Below are positions 1 through 12,800 of a stretch of 55,083 nt of DNA, piece after piece. Position 1 is the first letter of the stretch; the number at the start of each line of letters is the position of its first letter. This stretch comes from Girardia tigrina (Eukaryota). The position numbers were made by a program, and so were the translations under genes. The notes beneath the pieces are model-generated. The model was not told the origin of the DNA. It saw only the letters and a program-made list of their open reading frames with translations, and did not search any database. Location of the stretch: the NCBI GenBank assembly GCA_001938485.1, contig MQRK01246687.1:1-55083 (forward strand). The letters run 5' to 3'.

Positions 1-873
1 AATCATTACTGAAGGAAGATTCTACTCAAACAGAGAAAGAGCTTGCAAAACAGTTAAATGTTACGAAATAAGGAAACGTCTACATGCTATGAAAATGATT
101 CAAAAAGAAGGAAAATGGAGACCACATGAATTGAATCAAGCCAACATTGAAAGTCGATTACTGATATTCAATTCATTGCTTACAAGACAACGAAGATGGT
201 CGTTATTTCGCATAATATTGTGACTGGAGATGAAAAAAGGATTTATTCTGTTAACTCTAAACGCAAGAAATCGTGGGTTCATCCCGGCGAACCGTCCACG
301 TCAACAGCAAAAAGAAACATTCATGGAAGCAAGGTTATGTTGTGCATTTGGTGGGATCAGAAAGGTGTACTGTACTATGAGCTGCTGAATTCGAATGAAA
401 CTGTTAATGCAGAACGTTACCAACAACAATTAATGAAATTGAACGATGCATTGAATGAAAAACGTCCTATTCCAGCCAACAAACAGCGCACAGTGATTTT
501 GCTCCATGACAATGCACGGCCACATGTCACAAAACAAGTAAAAAACACGTTGAAGCACTTAAATGAAAAATTCTACCGCATGCTGCCTATTCACCAGATC
601 ACCCATCAGATTATCATCTGTTCCGATCAATGCAAAGCGCTCTTCGGGACCAGTACTTCAGAAACCAGGAACATATAAAAAAATGACTGGAACAATGGAT
701 CGCATCAAAAGACCAAAACTTTTTTTTCGATGGAATTCATAATTTGCCTGAAAGATGGTCGAAAGTCACAATTAACGATGGAAAATATTTTGATTATAAT
801 AAAACTTATTGTGTCATATAAATAAACTTGTCTGTTCTGCAAAAAAATCCAAAAAACTAAGTTACACACCTAA
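1..873 (+). mobile_element. Mariner (Mos1/mauritiana-like, DD34D) transposon remnant, 5' part outside the window; pseudogenised transposase
   Basis: ORF 196-678 has IVTGDEK, KVMLCIWWDQKGVLYYELL and LLHDNARPH. The YSPD motif follows a frameshift. Right TIR ...GTTACACACCTAA ends at 873 and is followed by TA. Confidence 0.9.
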
Positions 874-2303
874 TAACATAAATAAAGACTCATAACTTAT
901 AATTATTTTGATTATATATTATTAAAATGTTTTTTTTTATAAAAAATATTTTTCTGAAATTAAAACTCCCTCTCTCGTAACTCACAGTGAATATCAAAAA
1001 TGTTTTGACATTAAATGACATTAAATGATCATTTCGTATGAACATATTTGCTTTACTAAACCAGACTCGGATATAGTAATGCCAGTGTTGTCAATTGTAA
1101 TTAAATGCATTTTTGTGTTAACATTTGATAAATTGTTACAGAAGTATTTTTGTCGGATGCGCTGCGATATGCTTGCAGAATCCGACGTGATCTTTCATAA
1201 CGCTGTGAGGAAAACTATTTGATACATAATTCTCTCTGGCATATTTTTGCAAGCAATTCTAATTTTTGTCCTTCTTCTGCTTTTGTTTTTATTTCATTTT
1301 TTTAAAATAAAATGTCTCTTTATAATTCGAGTGATTATTTTTTAATAATTCCTTTTGATCTGAATTTTTAATCATCTTATATTTTATCAAAATAAAATCA
1401 TTATTTTTTATTTATATTTTTACAATATTGTTTTAGACATTTTAATTAATTAATATAAATTAATCATAAATAATCGGCTTTTCCAATATTTTATATTGAC
1501 GATTTTGTTTTCTTAGAAATTTTATGTAATTTTTTTACGAAAATTAAAAGGCAAGATTTTAAACTTCGGTTTGAAAGAGATTAATTATACGACAAGTTTT
1601 ACGGTTACTAAATTGTAATGATATATGCCAACTATTCAGATTCATTTTAAACCCTTAAACCAGGGAAACTGGCAAAAACGAGTTCCCGTTACTTTTTACC
1701 AAGGTGCCCGAACCGACTATTGATGGCGCCATCTCTACTGTAACAAGCGTTGCTAAAACAATTTGTTTGTAAAATTTCTCGTTTTTATTTCCAAATTAAG
1801 AGTTTTTCTGACGAAATCACTGAGAAAGTATTAGGGGTACATTAATCCACGAAGTTTGTGGCGACTTAAGGGCTAAATTACCTAGATAGGATAGTCTGTA
1901 TAGAAGAAGATCTTCGCAATGTTTAAAAGTTTTATTTGATTTTTATTTCTGGAGACGTTTAATCAAAATACGTGCTGGATGCAAAACCATGCCTTTGCAA
2001 GCGGGGTCTGTGTCTTTGGACAATTCATCAATGTGAGGCTAACAGAACCTTATGAAAACACTATAAATCAAATTAAATTATACACGATTTTACCGCTTTA
2101 TTTATATAATTCTTAAACAGTTCCAACAATTTTTTTAAATAAAACCAAAAAATTCTTTAGTATTTAAATATATATCAAATATCTCGGATTTTAACATTTA
2201 GCCTTATCCTAACATATGTATATGCTCAAACCATTATTACTATAAATTACTGAAAATAATGTTTTGACGATCTGATACTTTTAGATAACGGCTATTTTAG
2301 GGT

Positions 2304-2763
2304 TGTGAGGAATATTTTAATTTGTTTGAATGTGTAAATGTAGTGATGCTGTATGTTGATTTGAGTATGTTGAATTTAGAATGTTGATTCTCCACCCAGA
2401 TGGAAATTGGTATTTTTTATTTAAATTTAAAGGATTGACTATTCGAACACAATTAAAATTAAGTTTAATATTTTTTAGTAAAATTTAGATTAAATGCATT
2501 TTTAATAATTTGATGACATTTTTATTATTTTAAGATTTATTGAAAAATGGTAAAAATTATTATTTTTTTAATTAATATTTTTAGAGGCTAAATATTTTTA
2601 AAAAATGACTTAGAAAAATTGTTCGAATAATCATGATTAAAAACAGAAATAAGAAAACCAATTAGAATGATGACAAACGATGAAAGACCTTCTGAGAGTC
2701 TTAATGACTCTAAATGTGATTGTAATAAACATTCAAACGAAACTTGTTTAAATGTTCTTAATA
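2304..2763 (+). mobile_element. Solo-LTR-like repeat (TG...TA family), copy 1
   Basis: Starts TGTGAGGAATATT, contains CTCCACCCAGATGG, has AATAAA about 40 nt from the end, and ends TGTTCTTAATA. Perfect 5-bp TSD AGGGT (2299-2303 / 2764-2768). Confidence 0.85.
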
Positions 2764-3759
2764 AGGGTAAAGGCATTTTTCTAATATTGAAAGTCAATTC
2801 CAATCAATGCATTTATTTTGTTTACCGCCATGTTACTCATAAATTTTTTATTCATCTCTATATACAAAGACAAATTGGTGATTATGTTCTCGGTGGCATG
2901 AAATCACGCTAATCAAATATTTTCATCAAGTCTGGTTGAAAATGAATAATTTCATTTGAAACAACTTACCACGTTCTATGTTCCAAACAAAAAAGCATAA
3001 TTTGGCCTTATGTTAAATATATCTTTTTTTAAAATATACTGATTTTCTGTTGTCAGAAGAAAGCACAACTAAATAAAATAAATAAAATATACAGGAAGTA
3101 GGCATTATTACCCAGTCACACATATGGCTCAGGAGCTTATTAGTGTTTTCTAAATGCAAGTTTCCTAAGCCGTACGGAGTTCAGCGGACAGGAATGTGTT
3201 ACCTATCTCCACAGGATCTTGAGATAATCAATGTTATCTTCGCAGTTTTTATCATTAATATTTCTTTCAATTTATAATTGGCAAAATTTCTTAAACTATT
3301 TGACATTGTTTAATTTAAAGCAAAACTAAACTTAAACATGTAAAAATAATATAATTATATTATTTATTATTTGTACTCTATTTAAACAAAAAATAATTAA
3401 GCTGGATAAAATTGAAAGAAAGTTAAAAATATTATTTTAGTTGAAAGGAAGCAAAAATAAGAAAATACTTTGTCGATGTGGAAATTATTTTCCGTATTTT
3501 TTTGTCATGAAAAAAGGAAATAAAGTCTCTACTTTTTATCGATTAAATTAAATATTGAAAAATTTAATTTATATTTTTTAAATATTAATTATATTTTTCT
3601 CTTAATCCGAGAAAATTTCAAAAAATTATATGTTTTTTTAATATTCATAAATTTTAATATATTGTAATCAATTATTTCTGTTTAAATTTATTTTATTTTT
3701 TATCATTTTTTTGTGTATTTTGAATTATTTTTAAATTACATATTTTTTATTTTTCAAAG

Positions 3760-3887
3760 ACAAAAAAAGTGATGTATAAAGCAAATTTGCAAATTATATT
3801 TGATCTTGCGTCTTCTAACACCAACAAAGACATGCAATTTCCCATCAAATGTATCAGCGATGACATCTCGCTCGCGGACTCGGAGAA
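3760..3887 (+). CDS. ZP gene exon (ZP-N C-terminal part)
   Basis: ttttcaaag|ACA...GAGAA|gtgag; TKKVMYKANLQIIFDLASSNTNKDMQFPIKCISDDISLADSE; followed by a 48-nt intron (3888-3935). Confidence 0.75.
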
Positions 3888-6800
3888 GTGAGTTTCCTTT
3901 CAGGGGCTTATCATTCTATATTATCTTTAATGCAGCGGAATTACGACATCTTCAAGGCCAACTCTTTCCTTTTTAAAAGTAAATTTGGATTTCGTCAATG
4001 AAAATGAAGACAAAATTCAATCAGCCGCACAAAACGAACCAGTTCGACTACAAATATCATTGAAAATCGTTTCAAGTGTTTTTAATATTAGTAATAATAT
4101 AATTAATTATAGTTGTAATAGACTCATATAATAATATTTTCAATTTTAATAATTTAATAATATTTTCAATATATATTAAAAATCAATCAAAATATAAATA
4201 AAATTTTTTGTCAATCACCAAGTTTTAAATTTTTGTATAAAAAAACTATACCACACGATTAACATTTCTATTGTTTTTATAACTTAAATAATCCTCAGGT
4301 CAATCATTAACAAAATTCTCGCAAGAGTGTATATTCCGATCCTATTAATATACGTATCTAATTACTGATTAAATTTGATACCTAAATATTTTTAATTATA
4401 TTTACTAAGAATTTAATTGATTAAAGTAAAGTAAGTTTTAAATATTTTTAAAAAAAATATTTGTTTTAAAAAATTTAATAAAATTTTATAATCGTTTTAT
4501 ACATTTTTATGTATTTAAAATTATATTTTATTTATCATATTTATTTTTATATATCATCATGTTTCCTCCCTTTATCCAAGTCCCTGCAGGGGGTCATACA
4601 TTATGTGACCGCCTCCTGTAAGATGTAATTTGAGGAACAAACCAGGTGATTATTTTATTAATGTACTGTAATATTTATAAATATAACATTGCATGGCAAT
4701 ATCGATTTATAGATTTATAAAATTTTAATTTAATAATGAACTAACCTTATTTGGTTATTTGTTGTTCGATGACCTTCACGTTTCCAGTCCCACGATTTTG
4801 GCAACCTAGAGAGCTGGATTTTTATTCTCTCAGCTAGATACGACAAAGGAAGAAGCCAATATTGCGGTCAATATTATCCACTATTTACCTTCTATCTACT
4901 TATTTATCTCACTTTCACGATTACTAGAAACCTGAATCAAAATAATTTCTACGAAGAAAATTACATTCTAATAAAGATTTAATCAAGAAATCTTGAAGTT
5001 CCTAAACTAATCGTACATCAGGACAAAATAAAGAAACTATTTCTACGACCGATCTCGATTTGTCTTGTCGCTTCAAAACATTGAAAGATTATTTTATTGA
5101 ACAATATACACTCTCTGTCTTCCTTCATTGATCCTGTGATCCCTCATCTTGGTGATCCCTCTGTTATTTAATTTCTATTTACATTGTTTGTGTCATTAAA
5201 AAATATTTTATCTAAATAATAGTGGAGCAATATGAAATTTTTTGTAACAATAACATTGAGTAAGTTAAGTAAAAGTGATTTTGAAATCGAAAACTTTAAA
5301 GTTTTGTGTTCTGATGCCTGAAGTAAACCTTTAAGATAGAGTGGCATATGAAAAATTGTTCGAATAATCATGATTAAAAGTAGAAATCAAAAAGCCAATT
5401 AGAGCGATGTCAAACAGTGAGCGATCTTCTGAGAGTTGTAATGACTCTAAATGTGAAAATAATAAAAATTCAAAGGAAAATTGTCTCAATGTTCTTGACA
5501 ATCTTACTTGTCCAGATTCATACCAACTGATTCGAAATTTTAAGCATATTTACAACATGAAAATAGTCAGTGAAGAATAATCAAAACGAAATATTTTAAA
5601 TTTAAAGAATGAAATCCATAACTTAATCTGAACAATAGAACCTCAAAAATATTTTATGTATTTATGTAAAAGTATTCCTTATAGATTTTACATAAAAACA
5701 TAGAAAAAACATTGACAAAACTTAACAATAAGATAAAGTCAATGTATGATGACTTATTCATTTTGTAAAACTTATTTAAACTTAAATGCTTTTTACTTTA
5801 CTCGCGTAAAAGTATGTAAAATGTATGGGGGTAATGATATCTACTCAACCCTATAGGGGCCAACATAAATGCTGGCATAGAAAACATTGAGACCACTTGG
5901 GAGTCATCACATTTAGGGAAGACTGGTCTTCCAGTTTGTTAGTTCGTGTATTCATTTACATTTTCTAAAGTAAAAACAGATAAATACTTTCAACAATATA
6001 ATAAATATTCACAACGTAAAACTTTTTATTTAAACAATATCTCTTTGTTTACATTTTACATTTGTTAATACATGAGATAATTTTAATGTTCAATTCTTTG
6101 TTTAAATATCAATTTCAATTCAAATAACAAAACTTTTCATGTTCTGCTTTATTTTCGAAAATTGAAACATTAAAAAAAACACTCTCTGACAGCGTACATG
6201 AATCTATTCACCCTATTATTTGGCAATATCTCATGGAAACTGTGAAAATCAGTTCTTTTGAATTAAAACAGAGAGTTCATTGCTTCAGTTTCATGTCTCA
6301 AACAACCCAGTTCTCAATTTGTAAACGAGCAAGCTCGTGGTCCTCGATGACACTTCATTTTGATGGGAGAACTTGATTCTCAACATTTTGGAAGACTCTT
6401 CATGTAACCAGCAAGAATCAAAACCGAATCATTTCCGAAGCCTCATCATTTTTATTTGGTTTGTATCCTTTTTGAATTTCAACAACATCGAATCGAATCA
6501 ATTTGTACTTTCAGAAATGTAAACCTCAATCCTAGTATCTAGTCTTCCTATTCCGTGTACAATTCAACAATTACACAGAAAAAGAATGCTTCAACCATAA
6601 ATATTAGGTTGACAAGAAATTCTTGAACAAAAGTTTAAAAATTCAAATTTGAGCTTTAAGAAGATTTCACATTATCTAATTTATAGCGATATCACTTTCA
6701 TTGCAAAACTTGAACTCACCAAAGATGTCTGCACAAAACTAAATTCATTACCAAAACCATTACCATTATTCATGCTCTTATTCTCTACGACTTCAAGTCA

Positions 6801-9800
6801 AGATTGAGTGTCATAGAATCAACTTGTCGTATAGCTGCTGCCTTTGGAGAAGAAAACATATTCTTACAAGACCGTCTAATTTTGATGATGACAGATTGCG
6901 CCAACTTGTTGATGAGGATTCACACTTGACATTCTGATTCGATGGTGCTTATTTCGGACATTCCTTGACTTCTTCTCTTAATAAATTCTGCTTTGTCATT
7001 GGTTTAACTTGTCATAGGTTTTCTGATTAATCTAAAAATACAAGAATTTTTGTATCAACTCAATAGATTTTAATTTTCCATGATGTCGGCTCTTCTTCGT
7101 TCTCTTCTTCCAAGTTTTCTTCTCTCTGGGCGTTGGATGTTGGCGTTTCTTGATGATTCTTCTGAATATGAATCCTTAGGAAACCAGCGGCCTTGTATTC
7201 CCTCGGACAGTGTTGAAATTGATATTTCCCTTTTTTCTAACGTGGCTGGGCTTTATTCTCTCTCTTCTTCCACTGGATTGGCTCTGCTCCTTCCTGATCT
7301 CTTCTGAAATGCACGTTTAACTCCTTCACTTCCGCATATTGTTTGTAACAGGCATTCATCGGGCAGCTGTGTTCTTTCGAACGAAATCTCACGTGTCTCA
7401 ACACTGTGTTCTTGAATATGGGGCTCAAAATAAACATTGGGAAAACAAAGACCCGGAATCTCAATGGAGCAAAGTACATTATGGCAAGAGATGAGCTGAA
7501 TGCCGGAATAGAATGGGTGGACGAATTCTGCTACCTGGCATCGATAATTGAAAGTGGAGGAAGCTCAGATACGGACATCAAAGCCTGAATTCAGAAAGGA
7601 GCAGCGAAATTACGGACGATCAGACCAGTGTTGAAGAACAACAAATTGTCTCTCCGGAAAAAGAAGAACATAATTAGCAGCTGTGTATTCCCGGTGTTTT
7701 ACTACAGCTGTGAAAATTGGAGGACAAATGAAGTACACGTGAAAAAGCTAAAAGCATTTCACAATCTATGTACTCGATGAACTTTGGTGATTTCGAAAGC
7801 CGAAAGGATCAGGATGGATGAGATATATAGGACTGCAAAGCCCAATGGATATCATCACACGGAGAAGAATCGTACACAATACCAAGGTCGATTTAGGAGA
7901 ATGCCCTGAGAACGTCAAGCAGATCAGTGGATGCGAACACATCGGAGAAAAGAAGATCAGCGGTCGGAGAAAGCAACATCTGGTAGAATGTCTCAGAGTG
8001 GATGCTCACTGGCTCTTTGGAGCCGAGTACAGTTTCGGTGAATTTAAAAGAGACGTTCTGCAGGANAACTTACTGAAGATGGATGGAAAGATCGAGAAAG
8101 TATTCCGACTGAAGAGAATCCAAAGAAGCGGGGACGAGCAAACACTAAGACTGGTGCTACCTCGTCTGAAAGAACACAGCTGCACGATGGATGCCTGTCA
8201 CAAACAATATGCGGATGTGAAGGAGTTAAACAGGCATATCAGAAGAGATCACGAAGGAGCAGAGCCAATCCCGCGGAAAAAGAGAGAGAAGAAAGCCTAG
8301 CCACGTCAGAAGAAAGGAAAATATCAATGTCAACACTGTCCGAAGGAATACAAGGCCACTGGTTTCCTAAGGATTCATATTCAGAAGAATCATCAAGAAA
8401 CGCCAACATCCAACGCCCAGAGAGAAGAAAACTTGGAAGAAGAGAACGAGGAAGAGCCGACATCAAACCAATCCAATCCTCAGTTGCCGGACGCAACTGT
8501 TGGTATGCCAAGGATACAGCCGAACGACGATGCCGAAGAAACGCACCTACAATACCGACTGCCAGCCGATTACAAGACAGCAAGAGGAAAATTTAAGTGC
8601 CCATTTCGCGGTTGTTACGCGTCCACCGTAACAGCCAACGGCATGTACTGCCATGGTACCAAGTTCCATGGTTGGTCGTTTGTTACTGGCAAGCCGACTG
8701 CTCAGAGGCGGAAGGCCACTGACCCCGTACGAGGCCTATCGGGGGGCCCTTAAGGACTTTAGTTTGGGTGGACCCTCTAAAGAGCCTTAGACTCAATACC
8801 ATTACAGAGATGGGAGGCCCACATCGGAGAGACAAATCGTCATCTCAAAACCCGGATTAGCGAGCACTCGCAAATGAGTCGATCGAGTAAGGTTCTTGAT
8901 CATTGGTTATGTTGTAAGGATAGAACCTCATTCATTTCAAAAGATGAGTTTTCTGTTCCACAAAAGGGTTTTGATTCACATTACGAACGACAATTTTGTG
9001 AATCTCTACTAATAAGACACTCCAAAAATTGCTGATGATGATGTATGTAAACATCGATACATGTCCAATAGTTGTACAAAAAAAGCTTTAATCAAATTAT
9101 ATTTTCGAATATTTTAATGATTATTTGGAGTACCAGAAAAAGGTTCATATTATAAATGTATAGAAATACACTTTCTATGCAAATTAGATCCATTTATGAG
9201 AACTTCTAGCACTTCTATAAACTGATAAACTGTAAATAATGTAAAACCATTAAAAAGGCCAATTAAAAGGATAATTTTTCTTTGAAATTGTGAAGAGCTT
9301 GGGAAAAATGTTGACTTGAAAAGATAGTTCGTGTAATGTAACCAAAACAATTCTTATGCCAGAGGATAAAAGAAACAGCATTTGACACGGTTTCTCCCTT
9401 TAAACATCAGTTTGCAAAGGGGTAATATATGGCAAAAGGCTTTAGTGTCTGAAAATTGAATTCAAAAATAACAGATCATATATATGGTAACCATTAGTTC
9501 ACATAGAGCACTGCTTAGTGGAAATTACATGATAGCAATAGTTACTCATGAAATTGAAGAGTGAAATCAAAGTATGTTCATTCCATTCATTTTTTTCGAA
9601 AAGCAAGGGTATCAATCTTGAAGTAATAATAAGAGAGAATTTGAGATGGCAAGCAGACCCAAAATTGAGAAGCTTGACTTGACGCTTCTTCAACATTCTT
9701 CTTGTAATTCTGACCTCTGTTCGCAATTTTTACCTCTTTCCACATTCAAGAAGCATCTGAGCAAATATTCAAAATAAACCTTTTAAAAAGTTCTGCATCG

Positions 9801-12800
9801 AAGTTGTTGGTTTTATATAGAAAAATAATGTGTATTTTTTAATTTGATCCATTTGTTCTTCTTGTGGGATTTTACCATCATTGCACCTTCGATTTGAAAT
9901 TTTTTATATTTTTTAGTTTTAATCTATTTTGTATACAATCATTAAATTGTTAATTTTAGTTTTCGATACGAAATATTTATTTATTTATTCATTTATAACG
10001 ACAGATGTTATTTTCAAATATTTTCACTGATTAGTTATTCTTCTGCCACGATGTATCGCCGGGGAGAATCCCCGTGTTAAAGGGACTCGATCACAATTTA
10101 ATTTTAATAAATAATTTGTTTACGTTTCGTTTATTATATATTGAAAATAATAATTTTGAGGTAAAACGCTTAAGGAAATCATATTGGAAATCAATCAGTG
10201 TCCTTTGTTATATTTACTTTTTTATCCAGCTAAACATTGAATAATGATTTTACTAAAAGTAATTTCTTTCCTCATTTCGTCACTTTAATGTTTTATGCTA
10301 ATAATTGTAATTATTAAGAACACCAACATGGGTTTTCGAACTTTTATTTTCATCACAATCAGAATTGCCTTTGGACAAATCTCAGCAAAACTCTCGTCAT
10401 TCGACATCGTTCTAAATTGATAATTTTTTATTAATGTTTGTTAATAAACAATTATTCGAACAAATTTTTCATTATTTTCAAATTTTATTTTTAAAGTTCA
10501 AATTTTGTAAATTTAATAATAATTTTATCTGCATATTAATTTTATTTAAGAAATGATTTTATGTAAAGAAAGAACATTTATTTAATTTAAAACTTAGTTA
10601 AAAGTTATTTACTTTATTTAAATTTTAATATGAAAATTTGAAACGATTTAATATTTTTAATGTTTTTAAATATCTTATGTTGTACTTTAAAATGCCAATT
10701 ATACTCGAATAATTATTTATCGTGAACATCCACAATATCAATTTTCCATCTGGGTGGGAGAAACACATTTCCAAATACTAAACTCAACATACAAAATTCA
10801 ACAAACCAATTTCAACATACCAAATTTAAAATATTCCTCACAGTAATGATTCACCTGACACATTTTTTTTGATATTGTGCACATCTTTTATACATGGTTA
10901 GAGGAGGAATGCTTTTTGTTTGTTCGTCCAAGAATGGATATTGTACATGGTTTGTGGATTAAGTTTTATTATTATTTTTATTTTTGGTTTTATAGGTAGA
11001 AAGGAAATCCTCAGTCGATCTAGAGAGAAAATAATAAATGGGGTATTGTATAAACACCGTAGAGATTGATAGCACTTCGTGACGACTCTCGGCACTATCT
11101 GTGAATTTCATTTATATCAAACTACAATATATTTATATATACATATATATGTAGTAATTAATATATTAACTTATTATCATTGTCTATATATATATATATA
11201 TATTCATTATTACCTTATATGTTCTATTTATTTATATTTATTTTCATAAGTTAGTGTTCCTACTGTACAGTTTTGTTCTGTATATTATAGACGTGTATTA
11301 TTTATTATTATCATATTATCATTTAATATAAAATATTGCGTAGTAGCAATATAAAAATTAAAAGTTAAAATAATAAAATCATTATTGTCACAATTATTAA
11401 TTAACTTACTTATCGCATGATACATTTCGTTGTCATTTTATACTTTATCTGAGAAGCTTAAAGACGATTCAATTCAACTCTATCTTATAAAGAAAAGAAA
11501 CAAGACATTACTTATATCTTCCAAGTGTTACACCTTGCAAAGAATGACCGCAATTACGAAAATTAAACCTGTTATCGATGTCAACGACTGTAGTCATAAC
11601 GCCTAAGCGATGTCCTCCGTTCAATACAAGTTGAGAAAGAATATCTATCATCATCGAAAATAGGAAAATATCCTCATTTACCAGTACTAAAAACAATCAT
11701 TAAAGTGTCTAATTATTTTTTAACTATTCTCCGTATCACTTTGTTTCTTTTTGTGTGTTTAGCGATCATGTAAATTCGTTCTTCTTTTTTCTTCTTCCGT
11801 TGATCAATTATTATATTACTAATATATATTAATTATTTTCACAGATAAATTTCTTTTAATTGTTTATATTTTTCTACAAAGGTGAGTTCAAGGATTGATT
11901 TAATCATAGATACATAATTTTTTAACTCACTTTTATAATAATGAAAGGATTTTACGGAATAGACATACTCCACATATTCATGACAATATAATTTTTATAT
12001 GGATGCCCTGAATTAATGGGTTGCACTATATGTAAAACTTCATTATTCAAATAATATTAATTATTTTTTTTGATTATTACCTAGATGAGCAAGGCTTTGT
12101 CAGGGTTGAAGAATGCTATTTAAATAATAATTCTGCATTTGGAAGTGGATATATGAATTCTGGATCCATAAAAATTATTCAAAATGGGTGAGTAACAATA
12201 ATAACTTATAACCTCAAAAATTTATAATTGTAAAGTAGTTTAGTTTAAAAAATATTTCACATTTCATTTGATCAAATAATGGTTTTAAATGAAATAGTTA
12301 ATCAAAACCCTTGTAAGGTCTAGATATGTAAGACAAATACAGACTGTCCCTAAACACACAGAACATTTTGATTTAAAACCGTGACCAGAGAACAACTTAA
12401 AAATCAAGAACCAAATGCATGACGTTGATACACTCATCATATAGTTTTACAAGCATACATTAAGCGTCCACAATTCACTCAAATAAGTCCTCATCACATA
12501 CCCTATCTCCAAGCGAGACACAAGTTTTGTATAAATTCAAAGCTTTTTTAATGGTTGCAACTTTATATTGCATCAAAATGTACTTACAAACTGAATTGAT
12601 ATTGGGTAATCAAATTTCATTCATGAACATTATAAGGATATCAATTATGAGTATAAGCAAATTTGTCAAATTGATGATACTTTTGATGATATCGAGTTTT
12701 CTCTCAGTCTCACATATTCTAATCCGAAATATCTCTGTCAGATGACACCAGAAACTCATTGGGCAGTCGCAATGTGGTTGTTTAAGTTCCATTTGAATTT

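Noticed and set aside
2588-2912. ORF-track ORFs overlapping the solo-LTR-like repeats (also 5168-5371 and 18882-19073)
   Set aside because: Frames are not conserved between repeat copies, so these are chance ORFs.
1142-3290. Upstream ZP-N exons (candidates at 1142-1204, ~1664-1740, ~3095-3290)
   Set aside because: Splice-like boundaries exist, but there is no recognisable ZP-N cysteine pattern or consistent phase chain.
11845-11881. cag|...aag|gtgagt mini-exon of the ZP gene
   Set aside because: It is 37 nt, changes phase and would frameshift the ZP-C exon; the peptide is low-complexity.
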